Of a DNA stretch of 64,000 nt, positions 44,833 through 59,335 are shown piece by piece (position 1 is the stretch's first letter; every line of letters starts with the position of its first letter). The notes beneath the pieces were generated by a model. It was not told the origin of the DNA, ran no database searches, and saw only the letters and a program-made list of their open reading frames with translations. The position numbers and the translations under genes are program-made. Origin of the DNA: the human T2T-CHM13v2.0 reference genome, Homo sapiens; assembly GCF_009914755.1 (NCBI RefSeq), contig NC_060947.1; one strand, 5' to 3'.

Positions 44833-47800
44833 TTGTTTTTTGTTTTTGTTTTTTTCCAAAATGGTGGATTAGAGGCATGGCTAGCATACCTCTCCCACTT
44901 GGAAGGACAAAATAGTGTGTAGAATTTCACACTGTGAACTTTTTTTCAAGAAGCGACATGGTAACTGAACAGAAAAAACAAAGGAATCTAAGGATGCTTT
45001 GAATAAGGCAGAAGGCTGCAGTCTACACTGTGAGTAAGGTGAAGGGCTGTGAGTCCCCAGTGGTAAGCCCCATAGTTCCCATGCACGTGGGGAGACTTTG
45101 CCTCGGGGATACACACTCCCACCAGGGACCCTGAAGGGGAAGGCCCTAACTCCAACCAGCGAAGGAACTGACTTGGGGAAGGTCATGGAATATAAAAGTA
45201 GGAGCAGTGGCCGGAAGTTCCTTGTATGTACTCCCAGATCCCACCATGGATCAAAGGCAGCCAGCCATTCCTTACTATTCCTCACAGGGGACTCTGCAGA
45301 GGACAGCCAAAAAGTTCAGGCAGTGGTTGCAGGTTGCAAGAAGCTCCTAATGGGGTTTCACAATATAACCTCAGGTGGGGGTGAGCTCCCTTGGCCAAGG
45401 CCAGGGCAGAGAAGAGTGAAAAGCAGCCTGTGAGTGCAGGGGTCACGTGTACAGGAGTCATGGGTGCAGAAACTGGGCACAGGGCTTTGCAGCTATAGGG
45501 AGAGGTGTGGCCTGAAAGCCTTGGTTGCAGTCTCCTAGGGGAAAGCTTATGACTCCAGGTAGTGGCAAGTTCTGATTACAGGCTGACTGGAGCTCAGCTC
45601 ACTGCTGCCAGTGGAACACTGTGGGAGTGGATCCTCCTTGCCACGTGCATGGGAACTATGGGGTTTACCACTGCTTGCTACTCCCCACTCCCTGCACAAA
45701 CTCTTCTGTGCAGCAGAGGTGGCAATGCTCCTCTCTGGAACATCAACCCAGTGGCCTGAGACCCACTCCTGTGCAAACACACCCAACCCAGGCCCCACCT
45801 GGCTTTGTCCTGCCACCGCCGTGGTAGCTTAACACAAAGGACAGAATCGACAGAATCTCTTGGGAGCTACATGGCCCTGCCCATTGCCTGAGAAACCAGA
45901 GTACACCCCTCCCCCTTGAAACATAAGGCAAGCAAACATCCCACTGCTACTGCTACCACCACAGCGAGGCCAACCAACACAGTCCATTACAATATCTCCT
46001 GGTAGTATAACACTGTGCTGAAGAAGGAGAAAACTGCTTCGAGATCTGAGCTATCACCACTGCCTGCACCACTCTGGCTAAACAGAAGGTCCTGAGTCTG
46101 TCCACTTGGCCAGTTCATTACTATTATAACTGTAGTCAAGAAATCCAACACACTAAGGCTAAGGCCATCAATAACCAAGGAATTTCACAGAGTCTACGTC
46201 GCTCCCCTGCCACTCCTATTAGAACTGGTGCTGCTACCCACTGCTGGGAAACTTGAGGTCAGGTCACATCACCAGATCCCTTACAGACATTTTCCATCAC
46301 CACTCTGGAGTATGGCAACTTCACTGGGCAGCTAGACTCAGAGGAGCAACAACACTCACAGTAGTCTGGCTCCCAGGGACTCCCACTCCTAGGGGAAGTG
46401 GAAGTGTACATCAAGAGAACACCCCATGGGACAAAAGAATCCAGATGACAGACCTTAAGCACTAGATCTTTCCACTGCTGGAAAGCTTACTTCAGCAGAG
46501 GCACAGTTGAAGTGCTGGGCTCAGGGGGGAAAGTCTTTGGCTCTATCCCAACAGTCAGACAGCCCTGGTGCACATGAAAGTTCTTGGAGAAGAGGAAGTC
46601 TTTCCCCCCTTGTCTACCACCATAGTCACAGTTGGGCCTTCTCCTATGGGAGCTTGGTGTGGGTGCCACTTTAGACAGCCTTTCTGGAACACATCAGGTG
46701 ACTGCATCCCCACAGGAGGCGCACCCTCCAGGTTCAGGCTTGCAGGAGAGAGACAGAGTCACAATTCCTCTCTATTTGGAACATCAACATTCCTTCAGAT
46801 GAAAAGAGGTGCCTGTCTGATCTGAATAGCCAGAGCACTGGGACAAGAGCATGTCTGAGAGGTGGATAACTTTCCTGCTCACCTGTCAGGGGAGCAGAGG
46901 TGGCTCCAACCCTTCCCCCTGATAAGACCTCAGTGCAACTCACTGAGAGCTCCTCCAGCCACTTCTGCCAAGCCTGGGACTTCATTTACTCACTTGCTTT
47001 AGTTATAACTGGTTCCTACCCAGGGACACCTCCCCTACTGGCCTAAAGCCTGAATAATCAAACAAGTAAATAAAATACTGGGGAAAAATAAATAAATAAA
47101 AAAGTAAATGCCATGGAGAAATGTGAGATAAGCTTTAAGAGACCTCTAGCATTCCAACTGCATAGGAGACAATGAACTTGGTCACACACTGAGCACAGTG
47201 CTACTGCAACCAGTATATGAGAAAGCCATCATACAAAGAACTTTATAACCAAAGAACTCTTATAGAGTCTTCACCCTGAAAGCACCAAAAACCAAATTGG
47301 GCTATAAGTAACTATAAGCATTAAAGTCTTATCCTTAAGGGGGAAAAATAAATTAGAAGCAAACAAACAAAAGAAACACAATCAAATCAAACATAAATTC
47401 AAGAATACTTAGAAGAAATAGTCTACCCAAGTGAGAAGGAACCAGAAAAATAACTGGTAATATGACAAAACAAAGATCACACTAACTCTCCAGCAATGGA
47501 CCCAAACCAAGATGAAATCTTTGAAATACCAGATAAGGAATTAAGAAGGTCAATGGAACATAGACCAATGGAACAGAATAGAAAACCCAGAAACAAATCT
47601 ACATGCCTACAGTGAATTCATTTTTGACAAAAGGTGCCAAGAACATACACTGGGGAAAAGACAGTCTCTTTAATAAATGGTGCCGGGAAAACTGGATATA
47701 CATATTCGGAAGAATGAAACTAGACCCCTATCTCTTGCCATATGCAAAAATCAAATCTAAATGAATTAAAGACTTAAATCTAAGACCTCAAACAATGAAA

Positions 47801-48385
47801 CTACCATAAGAAAACATTGGGGAAAATCTCCGAAACATTGGTCTCAGCAAAGATTTCTTGAGCAATATTCCACAAACACAGGTAACCAAAGCAAAAATGA
47901 ACAAATGGGATCACACCAAGTTAAAAAGCTTCTGCAAAGCAAAAGATACAATCAACAAAATGAAGAGACAACCCACATAGTGGGAGAAGTTATTTTCAAG
48001 CTACTTATCTGAAAATGGATTAATAACCAGAATATATAAGGGGCTCAAACAACTCTATAGGAAAACATCTAATAATCCAATCAAAAATGGGCAAAACATT
48101 TGAATAGACATTCTCAAAAGAAGACATGTAAATGGCAAACAGGCATATGGAAAGGTTTTCAACATCACTGATCATCAGAGAAATGCAAATCAAAACTATC
48201 ATGAGATATCATCTCACCCCAGTTAAAATGGCTTATATCCCAAGACAGGCAATAACAAATGCTGGCAAGGATGTGAAGAAAAGGGAATCCTTGTATACTG
48301 TTGGTGGGAATATAAACTAATACAAACACTCTGAAGAACAGTTTGGAGGGTCCTCAAAAAACTAAAAATTGAGCTACCATATAGT

Positions 48386-49500
48386 TGTGAAAGGAAAATA
48401 AATCTTGGAGACCCCCAAATCACTAAGTTAAAGGAAAAAGTCTAGCTGAGAAATGCTGAGGGCAAACCTGGTCCCATTCTATTCAGTCTTCCTTCTGCTC
48501 ACTGAGATAAATGCATATCTGATTGCCTCCTTTGGAAAGGCTAATCAGAAACCTAAAAGAATGCAACCCTTTGTCTCTCACCTACCTGTGACCTGGAAGC
48601 CCCCTCCCTGCTTGAGTTGTTCCACCTTTCTGGATGGAACCAATGTACATCTTCCATACATTGATTGATGTCTCAATGAAACGGCCTCGTTGTCTGGAGT
48701 ATCACCCAAAGTTCATGGTTTCACAGCCACAGAGAACGAGGAGGACACAACAAGAGTGAGGTTAAGAGCAGAAATTTAGTAGACAAAAGAAAGTGCTCTC
48801 TGCTGCAGAGTGGGGTCCCAGAGAAATGGGTTGTCAGATGTATGGTGAAAAGCAGGGGGTTTTATAGATGCCTGGTGAGGAGGTGGTGTTTGATTTATAT
48901 AGGGCACAAAAAATTGGTTTGACCAGATGTGCCATTTGCACAGGACATGAAAAACTGGTTAGGACTAGGTGTGTCATTTGCACAGGACACAAATTTCTGG
49001 CTGCCCCCACCCTAATCTTTCATTATGCAAGTGGGTCCTCTGCCTGAGCTGTGCCACGTTGCCCATTTCTTTACGGTATATGTGGTAACAAAAAAAGGGA
49101 ATATGGAGACTCCATGTTGGACATGCCTGGCCCCCAGGTACCCCTTTCCTATTGACACAGCTGCTGGCATTCCACCGCGCAAGCTTCCAGCTTGCTTATC
49201 TATGTTTGCAGCTCAATTTTTCAGGCTGCTTTTTGTTAGAAAAGAAGTGATTTGGGGGCTTCTTTTTGTTAGAAGGGGCTGTTCTGCCAAGGCAACAGCC
49301 ATCACTATCTGCCTAAATAATTTCTTTCTAGCTCCTGTATCATCACATTCCTAAAATGTATAAAACCAAATTGTGCTCTGACCACCTTGGGCACATGTCT
49401 TCAGGACCTCCTAAGGCTGTGTCACGGGCGCACGTCCTCAAGCTTGGCAAAATAAACTTTATAAATTAACTGAGATCATCTCAGATATTTGGGGATCACA
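48386..49500 (+). mobile_element. MER4A1-like ERV1 solo LTR, split by another LTR
   Basis: TGTGAAAGGAAAATAAATCTTGG...GGGGATCACA; TSD tagt/tggt. Confidence 0.9.
48677..49342 (-). mobile_element. LTR9-family (HUERS-P3) solo LTR inside MER4A1
   Basis: Minus strand begins TGATACAGGAGCTAGAAAGAAATTATTTAGGCAGATAGTG and ends ...CCGTTTCA; TSD tcaa/tcac. Confidence 0.82.
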
Positions 49501-50199
49501 TGGTCCAGCAATCCCACTGCTGGGTATATACATAAAAGAAAGGAAATCAGTATATCAAAGAGATACCTGCACTCCTATGTTTGTTGCAGCACTGTTTACA
49601 ATAGCTAGGATTTGGAAGCAATCTAAATGTCTATTAGCAGATAAATGGATAAAGAAAACGTAGTACATACACACAATGCAGTACTATTCAGTCATACAAA
49701 AGAATGAGATCCAGTCATTTGCAACAACATGGATGGAACTGGAGATCATTATGTTATGTGAAATCAGACAAGTACAGAAAGACAAACATAGCATGTTCTA
49801 ATCTGTGGAATCTAAAAATCAAAACAACTGAACTCATGGACATAGAGAGTAGAAGGATGGTTGCCAGAGGCTGGGAAGGGTATTGGGGGGTTGCGCGGTG
49901 GTGTGGGGATGCCTAATGGGTACAAAAAAAATAGAAAGAATGCATAATACCTACCATTTGATAGCACAATGCGGTGACTATAGTCAATAATTTAATTATG
50001 CATTTTAAAATAACTTAAAGAGTATAATTGGATTGTTTGTAACGTGAAGGATAAATGCTCGAGGGTATGGATACTGCGTTCTCCATGATAGGATTATTTC
50101 ACACTGCATGCCTGTATCAAAACATCTCACGTATCCCATAAATTCATACACCCACTATGTATCCATAAGAATTAAAAAACAACATTGTATAACTTGCAA

Positions 50200-52534
50200 A
50201 AGAAAATAAATAATACAAATTAGAGCAGAAATCAATTAAATGAAAATAAGAAAACAACAGAAAAATTTTAAAAATCAAATGCTGATTCTTTGAAAAAATC
50301 AATTAATTTTCTAAACATCTAGGCAGTATAATCAAGAAAAAAAGAGAAGAAAGCAAAATGTAACAATACCAGAAATGCAGGAAAGGTCATTATTACTGAT
50401 TATGCTCATGAAAAAGATAACAAAGAATACTAACAGTACTTCTATGTCCACAGATTTGATAAATTGGCTGAAACTGGCCACTTCCTTGAAAGACACAAAC
50501 TACCAAAATATACACTAAGATAAATAGATAATCTGAAAAGGCTTGTACCTCTTGAAGTTGAATCAATAGTTAATAACCTTCCAAAAAAGAAAAACACTAA
50601 ACCCAGATGGTTTCACTGATAAATTCTAGCAAACGTTTTAGAAGGAAATATCAATTCTCCACAATCTTGTCCACAAAATAGAAGCAGAGGGAATGTGAGG
50701 CCCACATTATCTCATTACTACAACCAGATAAAGATGTAAGAAAACAGGGAAACTACACACAAACATTTCTCATGAACAGAGATGCAAAAATCTTCAACAA
50801 AAGATTAGAAAATCCAAACCAATAATGTATAAAAAGAATTATACACCTCAACGAAGTGGGATTTATTGCAGATACATAAGGCTTGTTGGGTGTGAAATCC
50901 AGATTGTGATGAAAGACTCTAACTGTATTACAAATGTATGAAATAAACTCACTGAAATGGGTAGGGGCAGAAGTTGCTGACCTAAGTAAATTTGGAAATG
51001 CATCTAGTCGGCAATAGTAAAGGCAAAAAAAAAAAAAAAACTGCATAAACAGTACTGTAGTTGAAATTGCTGTTTCCCATGGGGGTTTGGGTTAATAATT
51101 CTGATACTACTATATACATACTGGAGTTAAACAATTAAGTAAATTAATTATAGATTGTGGGAGCCAGGTTTCTCACTATTGGAGTGGGAAGGTACAGACA
51201 CAGATAAGCAAGGAAAGAGGCTAGAATGGTTCATCTGGTAATGAATTAAAGTGGGAGACATCAGTCTGAACCCATGCTTAATATACATACCAGTGTTCAC
51301 ATATAGAAATATTTAAAGATATGTGTATGTACATGGGTTAGTATACATACCTATATTCCCTTGCTCTGTCTGCTCAGAGGGCCTAAGCAATGATACCACA
51401 GTAGCGAGAAGTGTACCTTAGTAATCAGGTCTTGGTTTCTAATACCTTAGTACAAAGAAAAAAATGCTAGGGATCCTTGGGGAAATGGCTGATTCTTGGA
51501 CTGGGGCAGGGAATCCACAATAACCTTACCGAAATGGGTGGAGGCAAAAGTTGCTGACCTAAGTAAAAAGAGCCCAGACAATTTTTGATCTACAAAAAGA
51601 GCCCAGAGAATGGTTCAATGCCAGAAAGTAAGGAAGTGCTCAAAGTAAACAAACAACCCTATGTTGATGGGAGTATGTCAAAGGTAAACAGGAACTGAAA
51701 ACCTCCTAATGGCTAAAATTGGAATACTTTAAGAAACACATAAATTAAGAGGTATTAGGTTATAATCCAAAATAAACATCCATGAGTCCATAGTTGTATA
51801 GATAAACAATTGAATTAAAAATAAATGAAAGAGAATAGATAAATCTTCTATGAGGAAGAATTTCAAATAATTTATATAGATATTCTGGCCTCAACTAGAT
51901 GGCGCATAACTCCCCACTCCTTAGGTGTGTGCTGGACGTAAGGAGTTCCTTCCAAATAGTAGGTACGGTATGAAAAGAGGAGGAAAAGAAAAACATTCCA
52001 GTGGAGAAATCCAATGAACACTTGAATCAGGTAATCAAGGTTGACCTCAGCAGTGAGAAGTCATGTTGATATGTATGAAGTGAAGAAAATGGCATTTTAC
52101 TTGTTTGGTCTTCCTCTCCAAAACACATAACCTCACTCTAATCATGAGGAACACAACAGACAAATCCTGATTGACAGACATTTACAAAATACCTGACCAA
52201 GAATCTTCAAACTGTCGAGGTCATCAAAAACAGTGAATATCTAAGAAAATTGCCACAGCCAAGAAGCACCTAAGAGGACGTGAGGACTAAATGTAATGTG
52301 GTATCCTGGAAAAACAACAATAAAAACACTGTTAGGTAAAAACTATGGACATCTGAAAAAGCACCAACTTTAGTTAATAATGTATCAATATTGACTAATT
52401 AATTATAACAAATATACCATATTGATGTAAGATGTTACTAGTAGGAGAGATTAGATGTATGGTAACATAGATGATCTTTGCAATTCTTGATAAATTTTAA
52501 ACAGTTCTAAAACAAAAAGTTTATTTTAAAAAAA
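50200..52534 (+). mobile_element. L1MD-type: ORF2 fragment (to about 50890) joined to a long 3'UTR
   Basis: aaattagagcagaaatcaat...gatgcaaaaatcttcaacaaaa, then L1MC/MD 3' motifs (ctaaatgtaatgtggtatcctgga; ttctaaaacaaaaagtttattttaaaa). Confidence 0.8.
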
Positions 52535-53813
52535 GCAGTGGGGAGTCGTTTCACTGTGCAGGGAAATCCGGACTTTATCCTTTGAGGGTAATGAAGTTGT
52601 ATGGTACCCAGTTCCACATAAACTCTGAGCTCATTTTAAGTTTGAGAGGGAATTGAACAGGCAAAGGCCTATTTTAGGAGGCTCTGTGACTAAAGAGGAT
52701 TATACCCATCTTCTTCAAGGATCTGGAGCGTATTCTGATTTAATGGTGGCCTGATAAGCCAAAGATCTCCTCTAAACTCCATCTCACCTCATTCTTTTTG
52801 TGAAGGAATAATTTCTTTTGTCAAGGAATATATATTACTAGCATGGTATTTACTTGTATACAAGGGAAACTAATGCATATATTGATCTCATCTACAAAAA
52901 GCAAAAACAGGATCTAAATATGAGAATGACAAAAGAAGAATCTGCAGACATTTAGAATAGCCAACTTTGTTTTCCTCTTCTTGAGTCAGATGCTGGTTAC
53001 CTGGCAACCTGCACCAGTTAGGGTATTCTGCTGTTGGGGAGCCAGATGGGTCATCAAAAATCCCCCAAAACAGTTAAGTTGTTTATAGCTTCTGCAGAAG
53101 ACTTTGGGAGTTTGTGCAGTATGGGTGACAGGCTGCTTCTGTCTTGTCTTTCAGGGTCCTTTGTTAGCATATCCATCTTAGTTATTGCAAGTATGCATCT
53201 TTTCCCTTACAAAATTTCTCTCTCCTGCCTGAGAACAACTTTATGCTTCCCCTTCTCCAAGCCTCAAACCCCACTGCCTTCTCAAGACATTGTAGTCATC
53301 AATTTAGGCGGTTGTGATCAATATTTCTATCATCATCCAGCTTTTCTGACAGCCTGAAGCATTTTTATGTGTATCCTTTATTTCCTCTAAAACTGCTAAT
53401 AAGTTTTCTGTATTATCACAATGTATTGACTTCCTTAATATCAATCTTATTACGCTGCAAAAAAGCCTTAGTACTTAAGCAGAGTATTAGCTCTGTCCAC
53501 TTCTCCATCATTACAGAATTTCCCTACATGTAATTTCAACAACAATCTTATATGTAAAAATACTAGCACTGGAATTATGTTTAAGGTCTAAGAGCATAAT
53601 TCCAAGAGTCAGTATTAATTCCTTTAGACCTTAAAAGATCCTGGTTTCACTTGATTATTTAACTACAGGTAAATTTTTCAATTAACCAGGACAAGTTAAA
53701 CTAATGAGTTCTCTTTGGAGTATAATTCATGGTTGTTTATGTGTTTTTAAATTATCTTCTGACCTCTTCCCCCCAAAAGGGAGGGAAAACTGTATATGGG
53801 TGCATATGTACTT

Positions 53814-53825
53814 GTGTGTGTGTGT

Positions 53826-53858
<33 letters not shown>
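53814..53858. repeat. (TG)n(AG)n microsatellite
   Basis: Direct reading. Confidence 0.95.
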
Positions 53859-53861
<3 letters not shown>

Positions 53862-54214
53862 AATCTTGTTCTTTAATTTACAATGATTGTTTACTTCTTT
53901 TTCAGTTCTTGTTTTGAATTTTTCAAAAGTGCTTCGTCATTCTTAAATGTTAGTTACACATTTTTGTTGGTTCCTGATTTTCCAGATTATCAATTCCTTC
54001 TTTACTGAGATAGAAAGTCATGATACTTTATACTTTGCTGGTTTTATTTAGGTTTTTTCCTAAATAAAAAGGTGAAATTACAAGAAGTGTAAATGTGTTG
54101 TCAATTCTAAGATTTCAGTGTCCCTTCTGGAAGATAGAACTTGTGAGCTATTCTATGGCCAAATTAAAAATGAAAGAGAAAGGGAGAGAGAAAGAGAGAG
54201 AGAGAGATTCTCCA

Positions 54215-54385
54215 AAGCAGTACAATGGAAATATTCTGTAATCTGTGATTTCTAAGACAGAAGCCATTAATGACATATTGCTACTGAGCCCCTGAAATAT
54301 GGCTTAGTATAATTGAGGAATTCAATTTTTAATTTATTTTTAATTTATTTAAATTTGAGTGGCTACCCTATTGAACCAACATAGA
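54215..54385. mobile_element. Degenerate MER3
   Basis: atggaaatattctgt...tactgagcccctgaaatatggc...tgaggaattcaatttttaattt...gtggctaccctattg. Confidence 0.65.
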
Positions 54386-54629
54386 TCTAAGGCTGGAAGA
54401 CACTCTTCTGTAACTTTATTGTATCCTTTATTTAGTTTTATTATGGCGTGGTTTAGTTCCTTCATCTGCAACACAAATTGAAACCATGAAAAACTATGTG
54501 AATTAATGGTTGTTATTAATATTTGGTTGATTGCATTCCAGAATCAGGACATCTCAATGCAAATAAAATGACTTCCTTCAAAACAATTGAACTACAGTTT
54601 TTCCATAAATGATAGTGTTGTTTACTAAG

Positions 54630-55462
<833 letters not shown>

Positions 55463-56249
55463 ACTAGTATAGCATATACATTGCCCAGGAATTGATTAAT
55501 AATGTAATTTTAGGTTTGAATTTTGAAATGTGGTTAGTTCCAGGGTTGCTCATGGCTGAAATTTATCCTGTAGGACACACGGGATGTTGACATGACCCAA
55601 ACATATATCCAGGTATATCATTTTACTCAACACATCCAACAATGCTCTCTGAGTCTCTTCACTGACATGTAAAACTTCCTCCAGAGGAGCAAAACCCAGG
55701 TCTTCAGAGTACTGTGGGCAGACACTTCATAAATGAGAAAACTCCATTATCTCTCCCAATGTGGAATTATAGCTCCAAGAACAATTTTAGAATAGAAGGA
55801 GTAGACTGGCAGGCTCTTCTCCCTGTGACTTCTACTTGAAGTGTGCTTAAAAACATTTGAGAGGCTTCTGTCCTATACTTGTCAGTGTCTGACCGGTATT
55901 TTAACTTCCATGTGAAATGTGAACTTACTGTTTAAAATGTCAGTGGAGAAGGGAAAATTAGAGGGAGAGAGGGATGGATGTTGACAATAAATATTATTAA
56001 TGCTGTTTAGGGATTTTTGAGGAGGAGAATGCCCCTAAACTTTAAATAATAAATTACAGTAGAATGCAATGTATCGAAAATTGAGAGACGCAGCTACCAG
56101 AAGGTGAATCACTTGGATGTAAAATGTAGTACAGATACATATAGGATATGAAGGGATACAGATTGCACCTTTTCATTCTTCATTTCTAAGCTTAGATATC
56201 TCTCTCTTCACCAATCATGTCCTGGGACTGAGTTAGATGCCAAATATAT

Positions 56250-56990
56250 CTCCAGTGCCCTTGTATTTACCAATGTTAATGCATTTTACTCCACATTATA
56301 ATTGACTGTTTACCTGTACTTCTTAAGTATACCTATACCCCTTCTAAAGTAGTTTCTTTTCTTGTGCCTTGCATGTCAGCAAATGTAGTGCTTAGTGCTT
56401 GGTCAGTTAAGTCAGAAACCTAAAAGGCTTGGAGGTCTCATCTCCCCTCATTGTCACTTGCCTTGCATCATTAAGTATAATCATTCCTACTGCTATTTCC
56501 TTAGCAAAGTTAACTGTTCCTGAAATTATTACAATAGCCTCTAACTAGTGTGATCTTGCTTCCCTTGTGTGATCTTCTAGCAATGCAATGCAAATATGAC
56601 CCTCATCTCAGTGCCTCCAACCCAAAAGAAGTTCTTAAATAATTCTCCTTTCCATTTTATGAAAATAAGTCATTAAAAGGTTTACAAGGCCTTATTCTGG
56701 CTAATTCTACCATCCTAGATTCTTGATTTTTTTCTACTATGCGCCAGCTGAAAATAGAGTGTAATGATTGAAGAGGTCAAGGATCTGAAATAGAATTCTA
56801 GTTTATCACATGGAAGTCTGTGTGATTTGACAAGTTACTTACTCTCTATGATGATTCAATTATATTATCTGTTAAATTGGGAGGATAATATCTTCTAAAT
56901 TGGCTCATGAGGATTATTATAAAGGTCATTACAATGACTTATGTATTTTTCAATGTTCAATTAATTATTTGTTGTAATTGTCACTTTCAT
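56250..56990. mobile_element. L2 and MIR fragments
   Basis: L2-like ttattacaatagcctctaactag and aatgcaaatatgacc; MIR-like acaagttacttactctct...ttatctgttaaattgggaggataata. Confidence 0.5.
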
Positions 56991-57006
56991 TATTCATAGT
57001 TACAGG

Positions 57007-57482
57007 TGTCTTAGTTTGTATCCCTCCAGAATTTAAGGTTGAAATAAAGATTCAAGTACAAATAGTTGATTTTGGAGTTGATCCTAATAGATAACCAGCT
57101 GGAGAGCAGGGAAGTCAAACAGGGAGGGGAAAAACACCACTAAAGGGTATATTAATGAGCAGGTCACCAGTGTGGGTAATTGAAGATCAATCCTAGTGTG
57201 GACTTCTGAAAGTTATTTTTGAATATGCCTCATAGTTATCCTACCCAAGGGATAAGAAATCCAAGTCTATAACCTCCAACTTATATCTATCATTTTCTCA
57301 GGGCTGCTTACAGACCCATCAACCAACCAGCAATTTCAGAGTGCTCCACAGTCAGGCCAATCATGTTTCTGTAGGCTAAAAAATCCCTCAAGCAGAGAGT
57401 TATAGGCACTTATAATAGGAGGCTGTAAGACATGCATAGGAACTAGCAGTCAGGGCATATTTAGTAGACAGCATTTGCTATG
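57007..57482 (-). mobile_element. LTR16A-like ERVL solo LTR
   Basis: tgtcttagtttg...aagattcaagtacaaatagttgatttgg...cagggaagtcaaacaggga...gacagcatttgcta. Confidence 0.75.
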
Positions 57483-57726
57483 TGAAAGAATTGAGGCTCA
57501 AAGGGATGAAATGATTAGTGCAAGATCCTCAGTAAAAAGTGTTTGAGTCTAAATTTGAACCAAGGGATATCTGATTCCAAACCACTTGCAGTTTTTACCA
57601 AATTATGGTAGCAATTACTTAGAAGTGGAGATTATGAAAGGAGTATGGCTAAATATGAAGGATCCAGCGAAACATGTTGGAGAATGAGACCTACAAATTG
57701 CGTGACAAGGAATTCAAAATAGTCAC

Positions 57727-58082
57727 TGTATTAGTCAGTTTTCATGCTGCTGATAAAGACATACTCAAGACTGGGCAATTTATAAAAGAAAGAGGTTTAA
57801 TTGGACTCACAGTTCCACAAGGCTGGGGAGGCCTCACAATCATGGTGGACGGCAAGAAGGAGCAAGTCACATCTTACGTGGATGGTGGCAGGCAAAGAGA
57901 GAGAGTTGTGTAGGGAAACTGTGCCTTATAAAGCCATCAGATCTTGTGAGACCTATTCATTATCATGAGAACAGTACAAGAAAGATCTGCCCCCATGATT
58001 CAATTACCTCCCACTGCATCCTTCCCACAACATGTGGGAATTCAAGACGAGATTTGGGTGGGGACACAGCCAAACCATATCA
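57727..58082 (-). mobile_element. THE1 (THE1A/B-like) solo LTR
   Basis: TGTATTAGTC...GGGGACACAGCCAAACCATATCA. Confidence 0.95.
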
Positions 58083-58963
58083 GTGGCCTTAAAGAAGTTC
58101 AGTGAGCTACAAAAATATAGACAGAAAACTAAATGATATCAAGTTGAAATAAAAGGGCACAAACTAACAATATGAAAATATGAATGTATAAAAACTGTAA
58201 AGGTAAGAATATAGTCAAATTCAGAATACTCATAGTGTAATGGTGGTGCACAAATCACTTTTAAATCTAGGGCAAATATTAAAAAATAAAAGCATTAAAA
58301 ATAACTATAACTATTATAATTTGTTAATGGATACATAATATATAAAATATGTAAATTGTGATATCAATAACATAAAATGTTGGGGGGAGGAGAAGTTAAA
58401 GTGTAGAGTTCTTTTATGCACTTGAAGTTAAGTTGTAATCACCTGAAAATAGATGGTTATAATTATAAGATGTTTTACCTGAGCCTCATGGCAACCACAA
58501 AGAAAAACCTCGAGGCATACCATCACAAAAAAAAAAAAAAAAAAAATCAAATCACAAAGGAAGTCAGCATACAAAACAGAAGAATAAAACAGCAAAATTC
58601 AGAAAATGATTAAAAATGGAAATTGTAAGTTCTTACCTATCAATAACTACTTTAAATGTAAATGGATTACATTTTCAATAATAAGAAATATAGTGGCTGA
58701 ACACGTAAAAAAATAAAAACAAGGTGATACTATGTGCTACCTACAAGAGACTCACTTCACCTTTAAGGACACACATATGCTGACCAGGAAAGGATGGAAA
58801 AAGATATTCCACATGAATTAATAGTAACCAAAAAAAGAGTAGGAATGGCTATACTTGTATCAGACAAACTAGATGTTAAGTCAACAACTCTAACAAGTAA
58901 CAAAGAAGATAATTATATTATGAAAAACGGCCAATTCATCAAGAGGATAGAATTATATCTTCT

Positions 58964-59335
58964 TGATTTGGTTTGGGTCTGTGTCCCCACATAAATCTCA
59001 CCTCAAACTATAATCCCCATAATCCCCATGTGTTGAGGGAGGGACCTAATGGGAGGTAATTGGATCATGGAGGTGGTTCCCCCATGCTGTTCTCCTGATA
59101 GTCAGTTCTCATGAGATCTGATGGTTTTATAAGTGTTTGACAGTTCCTCCTTCACACACACACTCTCTCTCCTCCTGCCTTATGAAGAAGGTGCCTGCTT
59201 CCCCTTCTGCCATGATTGTAAATTTCCTGAGGCCTCCCCAGCCATGTGGAACTGTGAGTCAATTAAACCTTTTTCCTTTATAAATTACCCAGTCTTGAGT
59301 AGTTCTTTATAGCAGTGTGAGAATGAACTAATACA
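58964..59335 (+). mobile_element. THE1D-like solo LTR
   Basis: TGATTTGGTTTGG...ACTAATACA with a perfect TSD CTTCT (58959-58963 and 59336-59340). Confidence 0.95.

Larger units (their letters stand above)
44855..50180 (+). mobile_element. L1MA2-like element with a long 5'UTR and a large internal deletion
   Basis: 5'UTR of about 2.6 kb (ccaaaatggtggattagaggc...), ORF1 start near 47431, jump to the ORF2 C-terminus near 47555, and an L1MA2/3-type 3'UTR ending near 50180. Confidence 0.85.
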
